From Oopsacas minuta (Eukaryota > Animalia > Porifera): a stretch of 64,000 nucleotides of DNA. Location: contig JAKMXF010000296.1 of the NCBI GenBank assembly GCA_024704765.1, positions 408,465 to 472,464 on the forward strand, in the 5' to 3' direction. The translations under genes and the position numbers were made by a program. The notes beneath the pieces are model-generated. The model did no database searches. It was not told the DNA's origin and saw only the letters and a list, made by a program, of their open reading frames with translations. This document shows positions 24,267 to 36,519 of the stretch, one piece after another (the stretch's first letter is position 1; each line of letters opens with the position of its first letter).

Positions 24267-25916
24267 TATGAGAGCGAGTGTTAAGATATTATCATAATTA
24301 ACTAACATTTTATTATTATTTATACTTATCACTAAAGATGATAATATACGTAAATGGATAAAATTGCATAGATTGTGTATATTTTTGCAGGACGTCACTC
24401 AAATGACATTGGCTTTATTTACCTTAGTTTAGATACAAAACTATTATGTTTCAAAATATATGAGATATAATTTAATTACATAAATACATTTATTGACGTC
24501 ATAATACAATTCAGAGTGACGTCAAGAAATAGTATCTAAATATAGTTGGTATGCAATTCGACTATGGTTCTATGCTGCGGATATTACAACATGTAGAGAT
24601 GATAATCAAACATATTGTCTTAAGCGATAAACAATCTTCTTTATTATTAAATGCGTATTGATTATCATTTCATAGAAAAGTAGAATAAATTATAAGTTAA
24701 GTGTCCTCTTTACCTCACTAAATAATTTTCTTAGAATTGTTCGAATTCTTAGAATTATTCTAAGAATTGAGTCGTATTCTAAGAATTAGTCTAATTCTAA
24801 GAATTTGACTTAAAGTTAAGCAAAATTCTAAGAATTTGACTTAAGAATTTTAGTTAATAAGGCCCCTGTTAAGTATAGCCAAGTTAAGAATTCATAATGA
24901 AAACTAAGAATATTTCATGAATTCTTAGAATTATTCTTAGAAATACACTTACAATTAAGTTAAGAATAATTCTTAGAATTTTAATTAATAAAGCCGCTGG
25001 TTCATTTCTACACCAAATATGATCATCTAAAGACGAGAGATCTCGGCCTCACATATTGCATACAAAATAGGAAAGATTAGAAGATGACAACCAATGACAA
25101 CGAAAGTGAAGTAAAGACTTGATTCATATACAATAATAATTCTAATTTCGTAATCAAGAATTCCAAATCTACTTTTATATTTCACAAATTCATCACTACA
25201 CTGCGGAACTAGCAAACAAGAAGAGGGCATAGATTGAATAATTGGGTTAACTACTTTCTAACCAAGCTGACTCGATTTAGCGGAATTGAGTGCATATGTA
25301 TGGATCAAAATAGCATCAACAATTATTGTGATGAAGCCTATTAAATTTTAGGTACATCGCGACTCATTTTCGTCCATTGTCATTCATGCAACACCGATTT
25401 AATCTTGAATTGTTCCAAATACTATAAGCGTTCCCTCCTTTGGTGACTTTTGTGTATTACAGCTACAGCAATCTTTTCCTTTACCTGAGAAATGTCACAA
25501 CCAATATATTCAAACACACAAAGGAGATGGAGAGAAAATCATCTAGAATCCAAGACTAAGCGACACATGGTATTCCTGACGGTTTCATTGTGTTTCTGTT
25601 GTTAAGTTTGGGATTGGGTGTATGGCTAAAGCACTAGAAGTAATTCGTGAGAACTCAAAAATTGTCAACGAGAGAGCACAAATCACGGATATACAGATAC
25701 AAATTTTTTTTTTTTGGCAGTTTATTTTCCATCTGTGTTTGTTTTTCAAACTACTTGTCATGACCAATGGTTTATCTCTAGTTTTACAGTCTAATTCAAA
25801 TGATCTATCAACAACCATGAATATTGTAAGTGTTACTTTGAGGATATTAATGAACTGTCAATCCAATGAAGAGTAGCAAGAAATTGTTCATTATGCTAGG
25901 CAACTTGCAACCACAT

Positions 25917-26517
25917 TAGATATTTCGGTACAACTATAGAATCCGACGCCCAAAACTTTATGAATGTAGTCAAATATCCTTATATGCACCGTTGAAGAAC
26001 TCGTTGAGAGAAGCTGAGAGAGCTTTCGAACTCAAAAATCGGATGAGAACTGACAAAGTTACGAAAAATCTCCTAAATTAGTCAATTCCTATGGAGAAAA
26101 TTGTATTAGCCACTTTACTGAAATAATGCTGGTCAATTCTATACAAACTACTATAGGAATGCACATATAATCAGTCTTTCGGTTATACAAACACTTGCGT
26201 AAGTTGATTAATTCTTTTATGAATTTATTAGTTTGCGTAATTTGTAGTTATTACTATTCAGAACGGTCAATGTAAACCTAGTGTGGCCTGGTTCCCAAAT
26301 GGGCGAAAACCTGCTCACATGGTATATCTCGAAAACTATAATTCGCATCGCTTAGCTTTAAAAAGGAAACGGTAGGTCTTGGCGTCATCTAGCCAAAATA
26401 TACCACTTGGACCACATCCAGCTATCCTAACAATAGGTGTTATGCACCATTAATGTTGCTAAATATCATCAAGTACACTTCAAAGATATCTTAACTAGGA
26501 TTCATTTGTTGTTAGAA
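25917..26517. repeat. Left arm of a ~600-bp inverted repeat (partner at 29208-29812)
   Basis: Near-identical reverse complement over the whole arm, e.g. ...gtaaacctagtgtggcctggttcccaaatggg... versus ...cccatttgggaaccaggccacactaggtttac... Confidence 0.9.
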
Positions 26518-27045
26518 AAACACATCTTGAACTAAGATGAATGATAAAGACATTTCAGTATCGCCAAATTTAGTCTGTTTGTGATACATATTAGTTGTTT
26601 AGTATATCTGTACATGAGGCTTCTTTACTTAATGATTCTAGAAGTTTGTTACAAGCCTCACAGCCCCCTTACAGGTATACAATAAGTATCCGGATACACA
26701 GTGACGTAACATGTTAGCACGTGGGTAAATCCCGGCCTGACGGAGGAGGAAGTGTTCCCCCACTTTTGAATAATTTGTGATGATGTACGGTGATTTAGCG
26801 ATGATTTTCGTACCAAATTACAAGATTTTAGATTCGTCCCATAATTTATGGATCTATGCCCTTGTTTGCCACTGCCATCCCTCGCCCATGTTCCAAGTTA
26901 ACATATTATGCTCATAATTAACACATTCTTTGCTAAAGTCAGTGTGGTTATAATGTAGTTTGTGCAAATTAGGTTCCAGCACTGATTCCCATTATATTTT
27001 TCAGATTGGCCAAAGGAATATCCATAGGAAATACGTGCATTGTTA

Positions 27046-27120
27046 AACCCACCATGCACGATCCAACTTTATCGATTGCAACTGTTGTATGCAACAAAAT
27101 TGCATCGTGTAAGGTGGCCT
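27046..27120. mobile_element. 75-bp palindromic Harbinger-type MITE
   Basis: tta|aacccaccatgcacgat...atcgtgtaaggtggcct|tta, i.e. a TTA duplication and an imperfect hairpin. Confidence 0.5.
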
Positions 27121-27546
27121 TTAGGTTATATTATACCTGTGTATGATTTGACTGAAATTCCCACAATTCAATGATCATAGTATATGAATTGAATATACGT
27201 ACTACTCGCCATATAGTTAATCGTTGATAGTAACTTGATACCGCTATGATTTTCTATCACTAATGAAAATCTACATTCTCTTGAACAAATTATACTAAAG
27301 TTACACTGTGCAATAAGATCTTGACCACAAACAACCACATAATCTAAGCTTTAATTGTGTTGCTTAAGTAAAAAGCATTCCAATGAAGTGAATGTGTTGT
27401 AATTTATGTTAGTATATAAAGACCATTCGTACATTATTTTGTAATATACTACTACATTCAAACCATAATGGACCACACAATACTACTCGAAACCCCCGAT
27501 TATACCTGACATTTCAGCAAGCTTTTTACTGTCTGATCTCTTTCAG

Positions 27547-28395
27547 TTGTCTTCTTCCCTGGAAAATACTGTAGATTGGCTTGAGCATTATGGCTTGTTA
27601 CCACGAGGAGTCCAGTGCAGATGTGGCTCAATAATGTATGTAGGTGCATTTACCGATTCTAGGGACAATAATAAATGGAGATGTAGAGCATGTAAGACAA
27701 CCTGTCCACTTCGTTATGAGTCCTTCTTCAAGGGTTCAAACTTATCTCTTCCCTCGCTATTGCAGTTTTTGTATTATTGGAGTGAAGATATACAGTCACA
27801 CTTATTTCTAGAGAAGCAATTGCAATGGTCCCCGAATACTGTTGTGTGCTGGAAGAATTTTATGAGGGATGTTTGCATTGAGGATCTAATAATAAATCAG
27901 GAGCCAATAGGCGGGCCCGGTACAGTGGTGGAGATTGATGAATCGAAATTTGGGAGACGAAAATATAACCGTGGTAGATTACTCACTGGTCAATGGGTTT
28001 TCGGTATATATGAGCAAGGTACTGATAACGTACTGATGATTCCAGTTCCCGATCGCTCAGGTGCAACCCTACTTCCCATCATTCAGCGATATGTATTACC
28101 TGGAACTACCATCCATTCAGACGAATGGGCTGCTTATAATGTTGTCCCAGCTGTAGGCTACGATCATCACACTGTGAACCACTCTGAGAATTTTGTGGAT
28201 CCAATTGACGGTACCCATACACAAGGGATAGAAAACGCTTGGGGTGTGGTCAAGAAAAGGCAAAGAAGAGGCCAAACAACAAATCCTGAATTGCTAGAAT
28301 CCCACCTTATCGAGTCTTGTTGGAGAAGAAAGAATAAAGGAAACATCCTAAACAGCATCGTCAAGTGCATTAGAGAATTATATCCTGTTGTGTAA
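27547..28395 (+). CDS. Merlin (IS1595/ISXO2-like) DDE transposase; catalytic core intact, start codon uncertain
   Basis: Zn-ribbon CRCG...WRCRAC, EIDESKFG..KYNRGR, WVFG, IHSDEWAAY, VNHS..FVDP..GTHTQGIENAW. The frame is open from 27469 without an ATG; the upstream ATG at 27468 is out of frame. Confidence 0.9.
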   Translation: MSSSLENTVDWLEHYGLLPRGVQCRCGSIMYVGAFTDSRDNNKWRCRACKTTCPLRYESFFKGSNLSLPSLLQFLYYWSEDIQSHLFLEKQLQWSPNTVVCWKNFMRDVCIEDLIINQEPIGGPGTVVEIDESKFGRRKYNRGRLLTGQWVFGIYEQGTDNVLMIPVPDRSGATLLPIIQRYVLPGTTIHSDEWAAYNVVPAVGYDHHTVNHSENFVDPIDGTHTQGIENAWGVVKKRQRRGQTTNPELLESHLIESCWRRKNKGNILNSIVKCIRELYPVV

Positions 28396-29207
28396 TTTAG
28401 TTGCTAATATATATAGTATTACTTTGTTAAGAATGGTTACATTATACACTCTTACATCACATACTTGCTAAATGTTAGCATAAGCTATTCTAAGGGATAT
28501 CGAAACTAGTAAATGCGCCCATATTGCCTCGAATAACTGCCCCTAGGGCATAGGGTAGCTTGAAATAAATACTCACCCCGGCTAACATTAGAAGTTATGT
28601 AGTGTTGTTAACAGAATACTTGTTTATTGTTAACGACATACTATTATTAGCTGTGAACAGTAACAATTGCAACTTCCGTTGGCCAATAACAGCTATTGTC
28701 GGGCTGTTTCTATTCCTGTCGTATTGATTGATGTCGCGATCCCTGTGTAAGCGCAGGAAGTATTTCAGATCATACATATTTACAAATAATTTTTACACAA
28801 ACGAGCTGAAGAACTGGTTCAACGAAGAGATTACTATTTGCAGACAGTTTACATGCAAACGGACAGAAACAATAATACATAAAAGTCCCACTGCAACAAT
28901 TCAACTTATGCTTTTAACATCAGCCCAGACCCAGGAGCAACCACGACACTATCTAATCCCGTTCCTATATCGCTAGCATATAGACTCAAAGGTCCCTAAA
29001 ACAGCAAACGCGTTTGCACCTGGATAACAACATGAATTCTAAGTTGGATCCGGTCATTTGCAGCTAGAAAATGGGTGAATAAACGTATTAATTATGAAGG
29101 TTGTGGCAGGCCTCCTTTTGTTGCTTCTAGGGTTTCTGAAGCCAGTGTGATAAAATGACAAGCAAGGGAGCCAGTCCTACTTAGGATAAATGTATAAATT
29201 TGGGATA

Positions 29208-29812
29208 TTTCTAAGCAACAAATGAATCCTAGTTAAGATATCTTTGAAATGTACTTGATGATTATTTGGCAACATTAATAGTGCATAACACCTATTGTTA
29301 GGATAGCTGGATGTGGTCCAAGTGGTATATTTTGGCTAGATGACGCCAAGACCTACCGTTTTCCTTTTTAAAGCTAAGCGATGCGAATTATAGTTTTCGA
29401 GATATACCATGTGAGCAGGTTTTCGCCCATTTGGGAACCAGGCCACACTAGGTTTACATTGACCGTTCTGAATAGTAATAACTACAAATTACGCAAACTA
29501 ATAAATTCATAAAAGAATTAATCAACTTACGCAAGTGTTTGTATAACCGAAAGACTGATTATATGTGCATTCCTATAGTAGTTTGTATAGAATTGACCAG
29601 CATTATTTCAGTAAAGTGGCTAATACAATTTTCTCCATAGGAATTGACTAATTTAGGAGATTTTTCGTAACTTTGTCAGTTCTCATCCGATTTTTGAGTT
29701 CGAAAGCTCTCTCAGCTTCTCTCAACGAGTTCTTCAACGGTGCATATAGGGATATTTGACCACATTCATAAAGTTTTGGGCTTCGGATTCTATAGTTGAA
29801 CCGATATTTCTA
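29208..29812. repeat. Right arm of the ~600-bp inverted repeat
   Basis: Reverse complement of 25917-26517. A diverged partial third copy lies at about 62400-62560. Confidence 0.9.
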
Positions 29813-29879
29813 CATCCATACGATCCCACTTTGTGAGATCTCAATCAACTCGATTAAGACGTATGATTGTGATGGAAAC

Positions 29880-30330
29880 CACTGGAGATCGCAATATTGT
29901 ATTTGTCTAAGATACAAATAGTCGATTGGTCTACTTTGCAAAATTGAATGACTTTATTAGTGAGCTTGAATTTAGTTCAAATGTTCCAGAAGCATCCTCA
30001 TTACTATTGCTGCTCTCAATAGTAATGAGGAAGGTAAGTACCTTCTTGGATTTAGTTAAGCTCTTATCTCTTATTGAACACTACAACCTCAACTTATGCA
30101 AGCTGAAGAATGAACTCCCGGTGACAAAGGCTGCTATTGCAAAAGGCTAAAGATAAAATACTTTCAAATGAAAATTCTGACCGCATCCAATTTTTGCTAC
30201 CAATGAGGGTAGTATTTATGGAATTACTCAAGTTGCTACAGATAGCTTTAACCATACCCGTAACAACTACATCTTTTGAACGTTCTTTTCTGGTTAATGA
30301 GTTGAACAACAAATGGTTTTAGAAAGTGGT
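29880..30330 (+). pseudogene. hAT transposase C-terminal (dimerisation domain) remnant
   Basis: LLKLLQIALTIPVTTTSFERSF matches the hATC motif LTxPVTxASxERSFS. Confidence 0.75.
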
Positions 30331-30339
30331 TTGGAAATC

Positions 30340-31200
30340 ACTATTGATGAAGGCACTTGTATTGCATGGCTCAAAAGTAACCGACTTTAGCTACCGGAAT
30401 GATGTGCAAATGCGGTAGAATTATGCGATCCTGAACATTTGTAGGTATTGCAGATGGAAAGGGGTGGAGGTGCAGAGTCATGCAAAATATTTGCTTCCAT
30501 GAGGATTGGTTCATTCTTTGAAGGTGCTCATATACCATTAACTGACTTGGTAGGATTCCTGCTTTCTGAGCCGATATTCTGCTTAGCACTGCAATATTAC
30601 ACAAAAATCAGGGGGAGAAAGAGAGAATACTATTACTGACTGGAAGTACTTCCTCAGAGACCTATGTGTTGAGGAATTTTTGTCAATTCTCAATTAATTG
30701 GAGGGCCTGGGCATATTGTAGAAATTTGTTGATTAATCAAAGTTTGGACCATCGTAAGTATTCCAGAGGCCGTATTCTATCAGATCAATGAGTATTTGGA
30801 GGGATAGATCAAGAAACAAAAGATACCTTTATGATACCTGTTCAAGACAGGTCAGCAGCCACATTAATCCCTCTCATCCAACGATATATTCTTCCTGGCA
30901 ATACCATATTTTCTGAAGAATGGGCTTCGTATCATGCTTTCCCTGCTTCAAGTTTTCAACATCTCACCGTCAACCATATCCTCAATTTTGTTGACCCTAC
31001 CACAGGTGTACATACTCAAACAGTTGAGAGTACATGGGATGGAGCGAAGAAACGGCTGACTAATTGTATGACTACTAACCCAAAACCTTTAGATACTCAT
31101 TCATCTGAAGTTTGTTGGCTGAAAAATATTGAGACCTAGTTTCTATAACCTAATTATGGCAATAAGCAAATAATGTCCAGTTGTCTAATTGTTGTTTTGA
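30340..31200 (+). pseudogene. Merlin transposase, degraded copy 2
   Basis: IPVQDRSAATLIPLIQRYILPG..IFSEEWASY...VNH...VDP..GVHTQTVESTW; many indels upstream. Confidence 0.85.
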
Positions 31201-32489
31201 TAGTCATCATTTCCTCAATTAGTACCATACTTATGTTATTGGTGTTACTTTTGGGGCAATACTTATTATATTATAGATTTGTACTCTATGTAGTATATTT
31301 TATAGGAAGGTTAACACTAATTATTTACTACTATATATCTACTACTCACAGTATTATATCCAGAGCATGATAGACGCGAGCTTAATTTATGATTCAGCAC
31401 TCGAAAGTTTAGCGGCGCTCCGTTTTTGAAGGAGCACACACATTGGGATGTATCACACTTTTGCATTAATCTTATGTAAATTTATTGTTTTTTTATGAAT
31501 ATAAAGTAAATAATTAAAACATTGTGGTAGAAACATGCTTTCAATTGTTATACTGAGGTAATCGAGTAAGCTGAGTCCAATAGGATATTGTAAACAACAT
31601 TTCCTAAATATTCGTTCACTTTTGAGACATAAAGTAAGCAGATTTAAAAAGTATGGAAGTAACATGTGTTCCTATGGTTAAGATTATGAGTTTATGTACT
31701 CGAGGGCTGTAGGCCCGAGTATGGACACGAAGTGTTCGCAACTGCGTAGCGCGAGCAAGTGAAGCGCGCTCCCAGATATCAATATGGCACTACAATTAGC
31801 TCCCTCCGATTATTATTTCTACTTTACAAGGGAAAGATCTCCTTCATATGTAACAATTAAGAAATCCCTCAAGCTTGCTCTTATTGACATGTCACTCATA
31901 GGTTCTTCGTCACTATCTGATTGCCCCCTCATTTCCTCTCTTTATTCCTCTTTATTCTAAAATACATGAGTAATAAAATCTCCTTTGTCCTGATTAAATG
32001 GGTCCATAAACAAAACCTGACCTTTATTCAAGGGTTATGCCAGCTTTCTTATGCGCTATTATCATCATACAAATCATCTTTAAGCTTATTCAACTGTCTC
32101 GGGAATTCTCTTGTGGCATAACTGAACTCTGACTTTATGTATAATTTTATTTCTAACAATAGGAATATGTCTCATTTCACTTTCAATGGTAAAAAATGTG
32201 ATATCTAGGTTGAGTTAGATATAGGCTAATATATAGTATGTGGTTGTAGCAACAAGACCGAATCACATTCTTAATGATGTGAAATGATAGATTATTACTT
32301 ATCATGATTTTCTCCCCGGTTTAGCATTACAATTTGGTAATACCTTCTCAAAGAACTAATCTTCAAATGTATAAGTGTCTTACCAAGCTGACTTTGTCCT
32401 ATTATATCTTGTGCCCTGCGGGCCACCTTCTATCCAAGTATTCTATAAATTTTGTGATTAGGACACGACATAAAGGGTCAAAAGTTGTA

Positions 32490-33040
32490 TTCAATTCCTT
32501 AAGGAGTTAAGCTGATACTAGCTTTGGAGGTATTTAGTATTATTTCAGGATACTTGCAGCCTCTTTTACAAATCACCTTCCTGCTTCCAGATCATCAGTC
32601 AGGTTGGTTTCGTCATAATTCCATATAATATAAGGGGTAACCTTAGTTAAGCAGTTCTAAGGAAATATTGTGAAAATATTCATTGATTATTTCAAGTGAT
32701 AGCGTAGGACTCTTTTTCGTAATGTTCGCAGCAATTTTGAGATTTAGAAACTTATTCCTCTAGAGAAAGGTTTTCGTGCACTCAACTCGTGGAAAGTCAT
32801 CTATGAACATACGTTCGAAGTATCGGCTTTGTCTAAATAATTTAAACTAAACATCTAAGATCGTAAGAATCTATTGAAAAGCCGTATTGGCGCATTGAAA
32901 TGTCATGCTGTGCAATCACATTTTCTTGAACTTCATTCAATGATTTGTTCGCCACATATCTTTGGGTGCTCATCTTTTGGTATATATTAATGTGCTTCGA
33001 AGTATTCCGAAATATTTCTCTGCATACGTTATGAAATCTT
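32490..33040 (-). pseudogene. pogo-superfamily (Fot1/Jerky-like) transposase N-terminal remnant
   Basis: Joining frames gives ...ENVIAQH...YGF.ID..DLR..., IINEYF and IWNYDETNLTDD.GSRKVICKRGCKYPE...SKAS. Truncated after the first Asp. Confidence 0.7.
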
Positions 33041-34749
33041 TCTTTACTTAATTAGGTGCAAGATTCTTTCAATATATCAGTAGAATGAGCTCGATATCTC
33101 CTGCTTTCTGGTACAGTATACATTCGCTAATCCGAATCCCACTGTCCCGAATGCAAACCAATACGTTCGTATCAGCGAAATACATTGAAACTATACTATA
33201 GAATCTGAGATGACTTTTTCCAAAGTTGTACAAATATGGAATGGGTCGTAATTGTTTAATAGAATTAGATATTAGGCCGCTTCGGTACAAGGTTCTGTGT
33301 GATAGCATAGTGCCCTAAATTAGCTTAAATATTGAACGGCTAAATTCTATAGAACTATTGGACCTACGTGAGAGAATATACTCAGTACTACGTGCCTCGA
33401 ATTCAATGAATGGGTAAAGATTTAACATTGAATTATCAAAGTACCATCGAAATACATTCAATGGCCTTCTGTGGTAACACTGGAGATGCTATGTCGCGTT
33501 TTGGAAATTTGGAAAATTGGATTATTTTAGAGAGTAATGATGAAGTAATAATCTCATAATAAGTTAGCTTTTAGTCAGAATCATCATGGCGTCAGGATCT
33601 TTGTCACATTGAGGGATACCTATGATTGAAACTTCAATCTTCTATCATCTTTATTGGCTCAGAGCAGTGGGTAATGGTGTGATTTCTCATTTGTCAAAAA
33701 TGGTGATAATGAAGTCAGAAATTCGTCATAGGTATGAATTTTCGTCCCAGACTTAAAATTGCCATAGAAAATCAGTCCTTGGGGTCTTCAGTTTTATCCA
33801 TCAATTTTTGACATACAACATCCATGTTTTCATAGTATGGATTTTCATGATGAGCGAAAAATTCCCGTTTAAGATATCACAAGAAATTTTTTGGGGATGT
33901 TTTTTCCCAAGCAGCCTGGAATATATTAGAATTTCTGCCGACCTTATCGAATGAGAATTGTGGGGTCGGACAAGACCGCTATGCTAACTGAGTCTCGATA
34001 TTCTCATGTCAACGCTCGAATATACCTGAAACATGATTCTTCATTATCTTTCTCTAGAATCTCTAAAATTTCTTGTTCTTTACATATTTCTTAAAGGTAC
34101 ACGATCGCCTATATTTGTCGAAATATTAGTTATTCAGTTGACGCCGCCTATTAGCAAATCTTACTTCGCATGGACTTTCCTTGCCAAACGCACATTTTTA
34201 GAGTTATGCACTTCAATTTCCATACAAAACTGTACTCTTTGTACATGAGAGTGTTGCCATAGGCGGACTTTATTATTTAACGAATTACTCATATGCTGTG
34301 TCCGCTCTATATAATTAGAGTATAGAATTTAGATACCACTTACACCAGAGTTTGTTTGAATGGCTTAATCGTGCTAGCAGTTATGTCTAATGTCAAGCTG
34401 AAAGAATGAAAAGGAGCGCGATTGGTCCGCCCTCTTTTTACCTGGAGAAGGAGCAAGAGTTTCCTATTCTGAGTAAGGAGTGAAGGTTAGAGCGATGCTG
34501 CTTTTTCAGGGGTGAGCGCGATCCGAGACGCGCTTCAATGATAAGTGCTTGATCAGAGTATATCCAAGCATGATGATATCATATTTATACTTAAAGCGTT
34601 CAAAAGTTCCCATCTACGTTGAATAACTTGACACTTACAACATCTTACTAATTAAATTTCTACATAAAATGTCCGAAATACTCTACTTCTATAACTATGT
34701 ATAGTTGTAGACTTTCAACTTACTTCGAAAATGTTTTTTATGCTCGTCT

Positions 34750-35996
34750 CTATCCATTGAATTGAGGTAGTGGTGAATTTTGTTTCCTAACTCTTGTCGG
34801 GTATGAAATAGCCGTCCTCCGAGATGTTGTTTTAGCTCAGGAAATAGTCAGAAATCATAAGGTAATATATCTGGAGAATACGGAGGATGTTCCATCGTTT
34901 CAAAGCCAATATCCTTATTAACCTCCCCAAATATTTGAAACATAAGGTCTGGCATATCGTGGAGAAGTTTGATTCATCAAGTTCGTGTATGCATACATCA
35001 TGTGTTATGGACTTTCGTGACTTTTCTTAGTCATTGATCTTCGTAAAATTCTCCATTGAGTCGTTTTCCTTTAGCCACAAGTATTTGAGCCACTGGCCTA
35101 TCCGCATCAAAAAATGTGCTATAGAGAACTTATCGTCTCGAAAGTCCGGATGTGCCTTTTTGGGGGGATAAGGACTTTTGGAAGCCACGATTTCCATTGT
35201 TCCTTACGCAGAGGTTCAGAAAATTTAAACCTTGTTTCGTCACCAGTAACGATTTCATACAACCTTCAAGAATCACAAACTCTCTATTCTTTAGGCAATT
35301 TTTCCGCATCAAACACTCTTCTCCTTTTGCCCCTTTGTTACGATTTTTGGTTTCCATCGCGCTGAATTCTTTTGATATTCGAGATAATCGTGTAGAATTG
35401 TATGAACACTTCCCTATGAGATGTCCAGGATTAGGGAAATCTCTTTAACACTCAAATGGGGGTCAATATGCAATAGTTCCAGTAATTGAGAGGAAAATTC
35501 AGAGGTGGTAGCTGAAATTGGTCTTCCTGTCCGAGGGTCATCTTCAATGCAGCCGCTACCAGCTTTTAACTTTCGTGCCCATTCCTTTGCAGTGGGATAC
35601 GCTAGAACTTCCCCATGATAAACGGTGTCTTGATCCTCATGTATCTGTAGTGGTATGTCGCCAAATAGGGTACGAATCTTTATGCAAGCTCGTTTGGCTT
35701 TACTTGATGTTTTTTTGAAGCCATGAAAAGTTGACTCTCGAAAATAGATAAAATTGAAAGTAGGATAAATCAAGATACATAATAGCTAGAGTGAATGGTA
35801 CAATTATTGAATGTTACATCCTCAACGTTTTACAAGATGGTAAAAATCGCTATGTGAGCCGTTATAGTGTATGTTGAGATATGAAGATTGAGCTAGATAT
35901 TTACAAAATAGGTCAAGAAACAAAAGGTTACAGGACTTCTAGCTTTCAAGCCAAAGTCTATGGGAAAATTGCAACTTCATTAAAGCCAAATATATT
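34750..35996 (-). mobile_element. mariner (DD34D-type) element, degraded; 3' TIR not identified
   Basis: IEDDPRTGRP, RWKPK (WVPH-like), GDET, LLHD and EHPPYSPD (about 34868-34893). The 5' terminal ~190 bp recurs inverted at 58485-58670. Confidence 0.8.
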
Positions 35997-36519
35997 ACAA
36001 TAATAGTGTTGCAAATAGCATAGTAGTGTGCATACAATACTACAACATACCTAATTACATTCCAATGTCTAAGTATTTGTGTTACCTATTACTCAATCCC
36101 TTAATTCTCCAAGTAAATGGATATATATAGTAAACCTACACTCTGTAACATATTTATATTATTTAATAATAACTATAGAATGGAAATACAAGCATTTAAT
36201 TGAGTATATTTGGGAATGCTGGATTTTACCAACAAATCTGCAAATTTCAAACAGATTTTCACCTCTCATTTCACCAACAAAAGGATCTCTATTGTGTGAT
36301 ATACAGCAATCAATGGCATTCTACTTGCTATCAACGGAACATATTTGGAACAATATCAAATATTAACTGTATAATATTCTCTAATAAACTACAATTAAAT
36401 GGTTTGAGCCCTGCCTGGTTCCAATGTTTGAATAATTAGAATTATTTTGATTCTTATGTAAATATCTAGCAACCATGAAAAACTAGTAATTAGCATGCAA
36501 GAGATTGTATCTAAGTAAC

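Larger units (their letters stand above)
21997..24865 (+). mobile_element. PIF/Harbinger element, copy B, complete, inserted in reverse inside copy A
   Basis: Perfect termini gggccttattaactaaaattct and agaattttagttaataaggccc; flanks CAG (21994-96) and CTG (24866-68). Subterminal arrays of ttctaagaa/ttcttagaa. Confidence 0.92.
19173..24996 (-). mobile_element. PIF/Harbinger element, copy A (interrupted near one end by copy B)
   Basis: Termini agccttatcaactaaaatt (19173) and ttaattaataaagccg (24996), with TSD CTG on both sides (empty site gaacCTGgttc). Nuclease on the minus strand and Myb-like gene on the plus strand. Its last ~130 bp lie at 24869-24996, beyond copy B. Confidence 0.85.

Noticed and set aside
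19682-24398. Long ORF-track extensions and antisense ORFs in the Harbinger copies (e.g. 19891-20349, 23734-24186)
   Set aside because: These are reverse-strand shadows of the Myb gene; their duplication simply follows the element duplication.
26699-26876. cagtgacgtaac...tgccactg hAT-like MITE
   Set aside because: The 8-bp flanks do not match and the TIRs are weak.
31360-31790. GC-rich hairpin-like patches (e.g. ctcgagggctgtaggcccgag)
   Set aside because: Probably repeat termini, but they cannot be linked to an element or assigned as ncRNA.
34400-34545. GC-rich island resembling a promoter or small RNA
   Set aside because: No tRNA cloverleaf, A/B boxes or linked gene identified.
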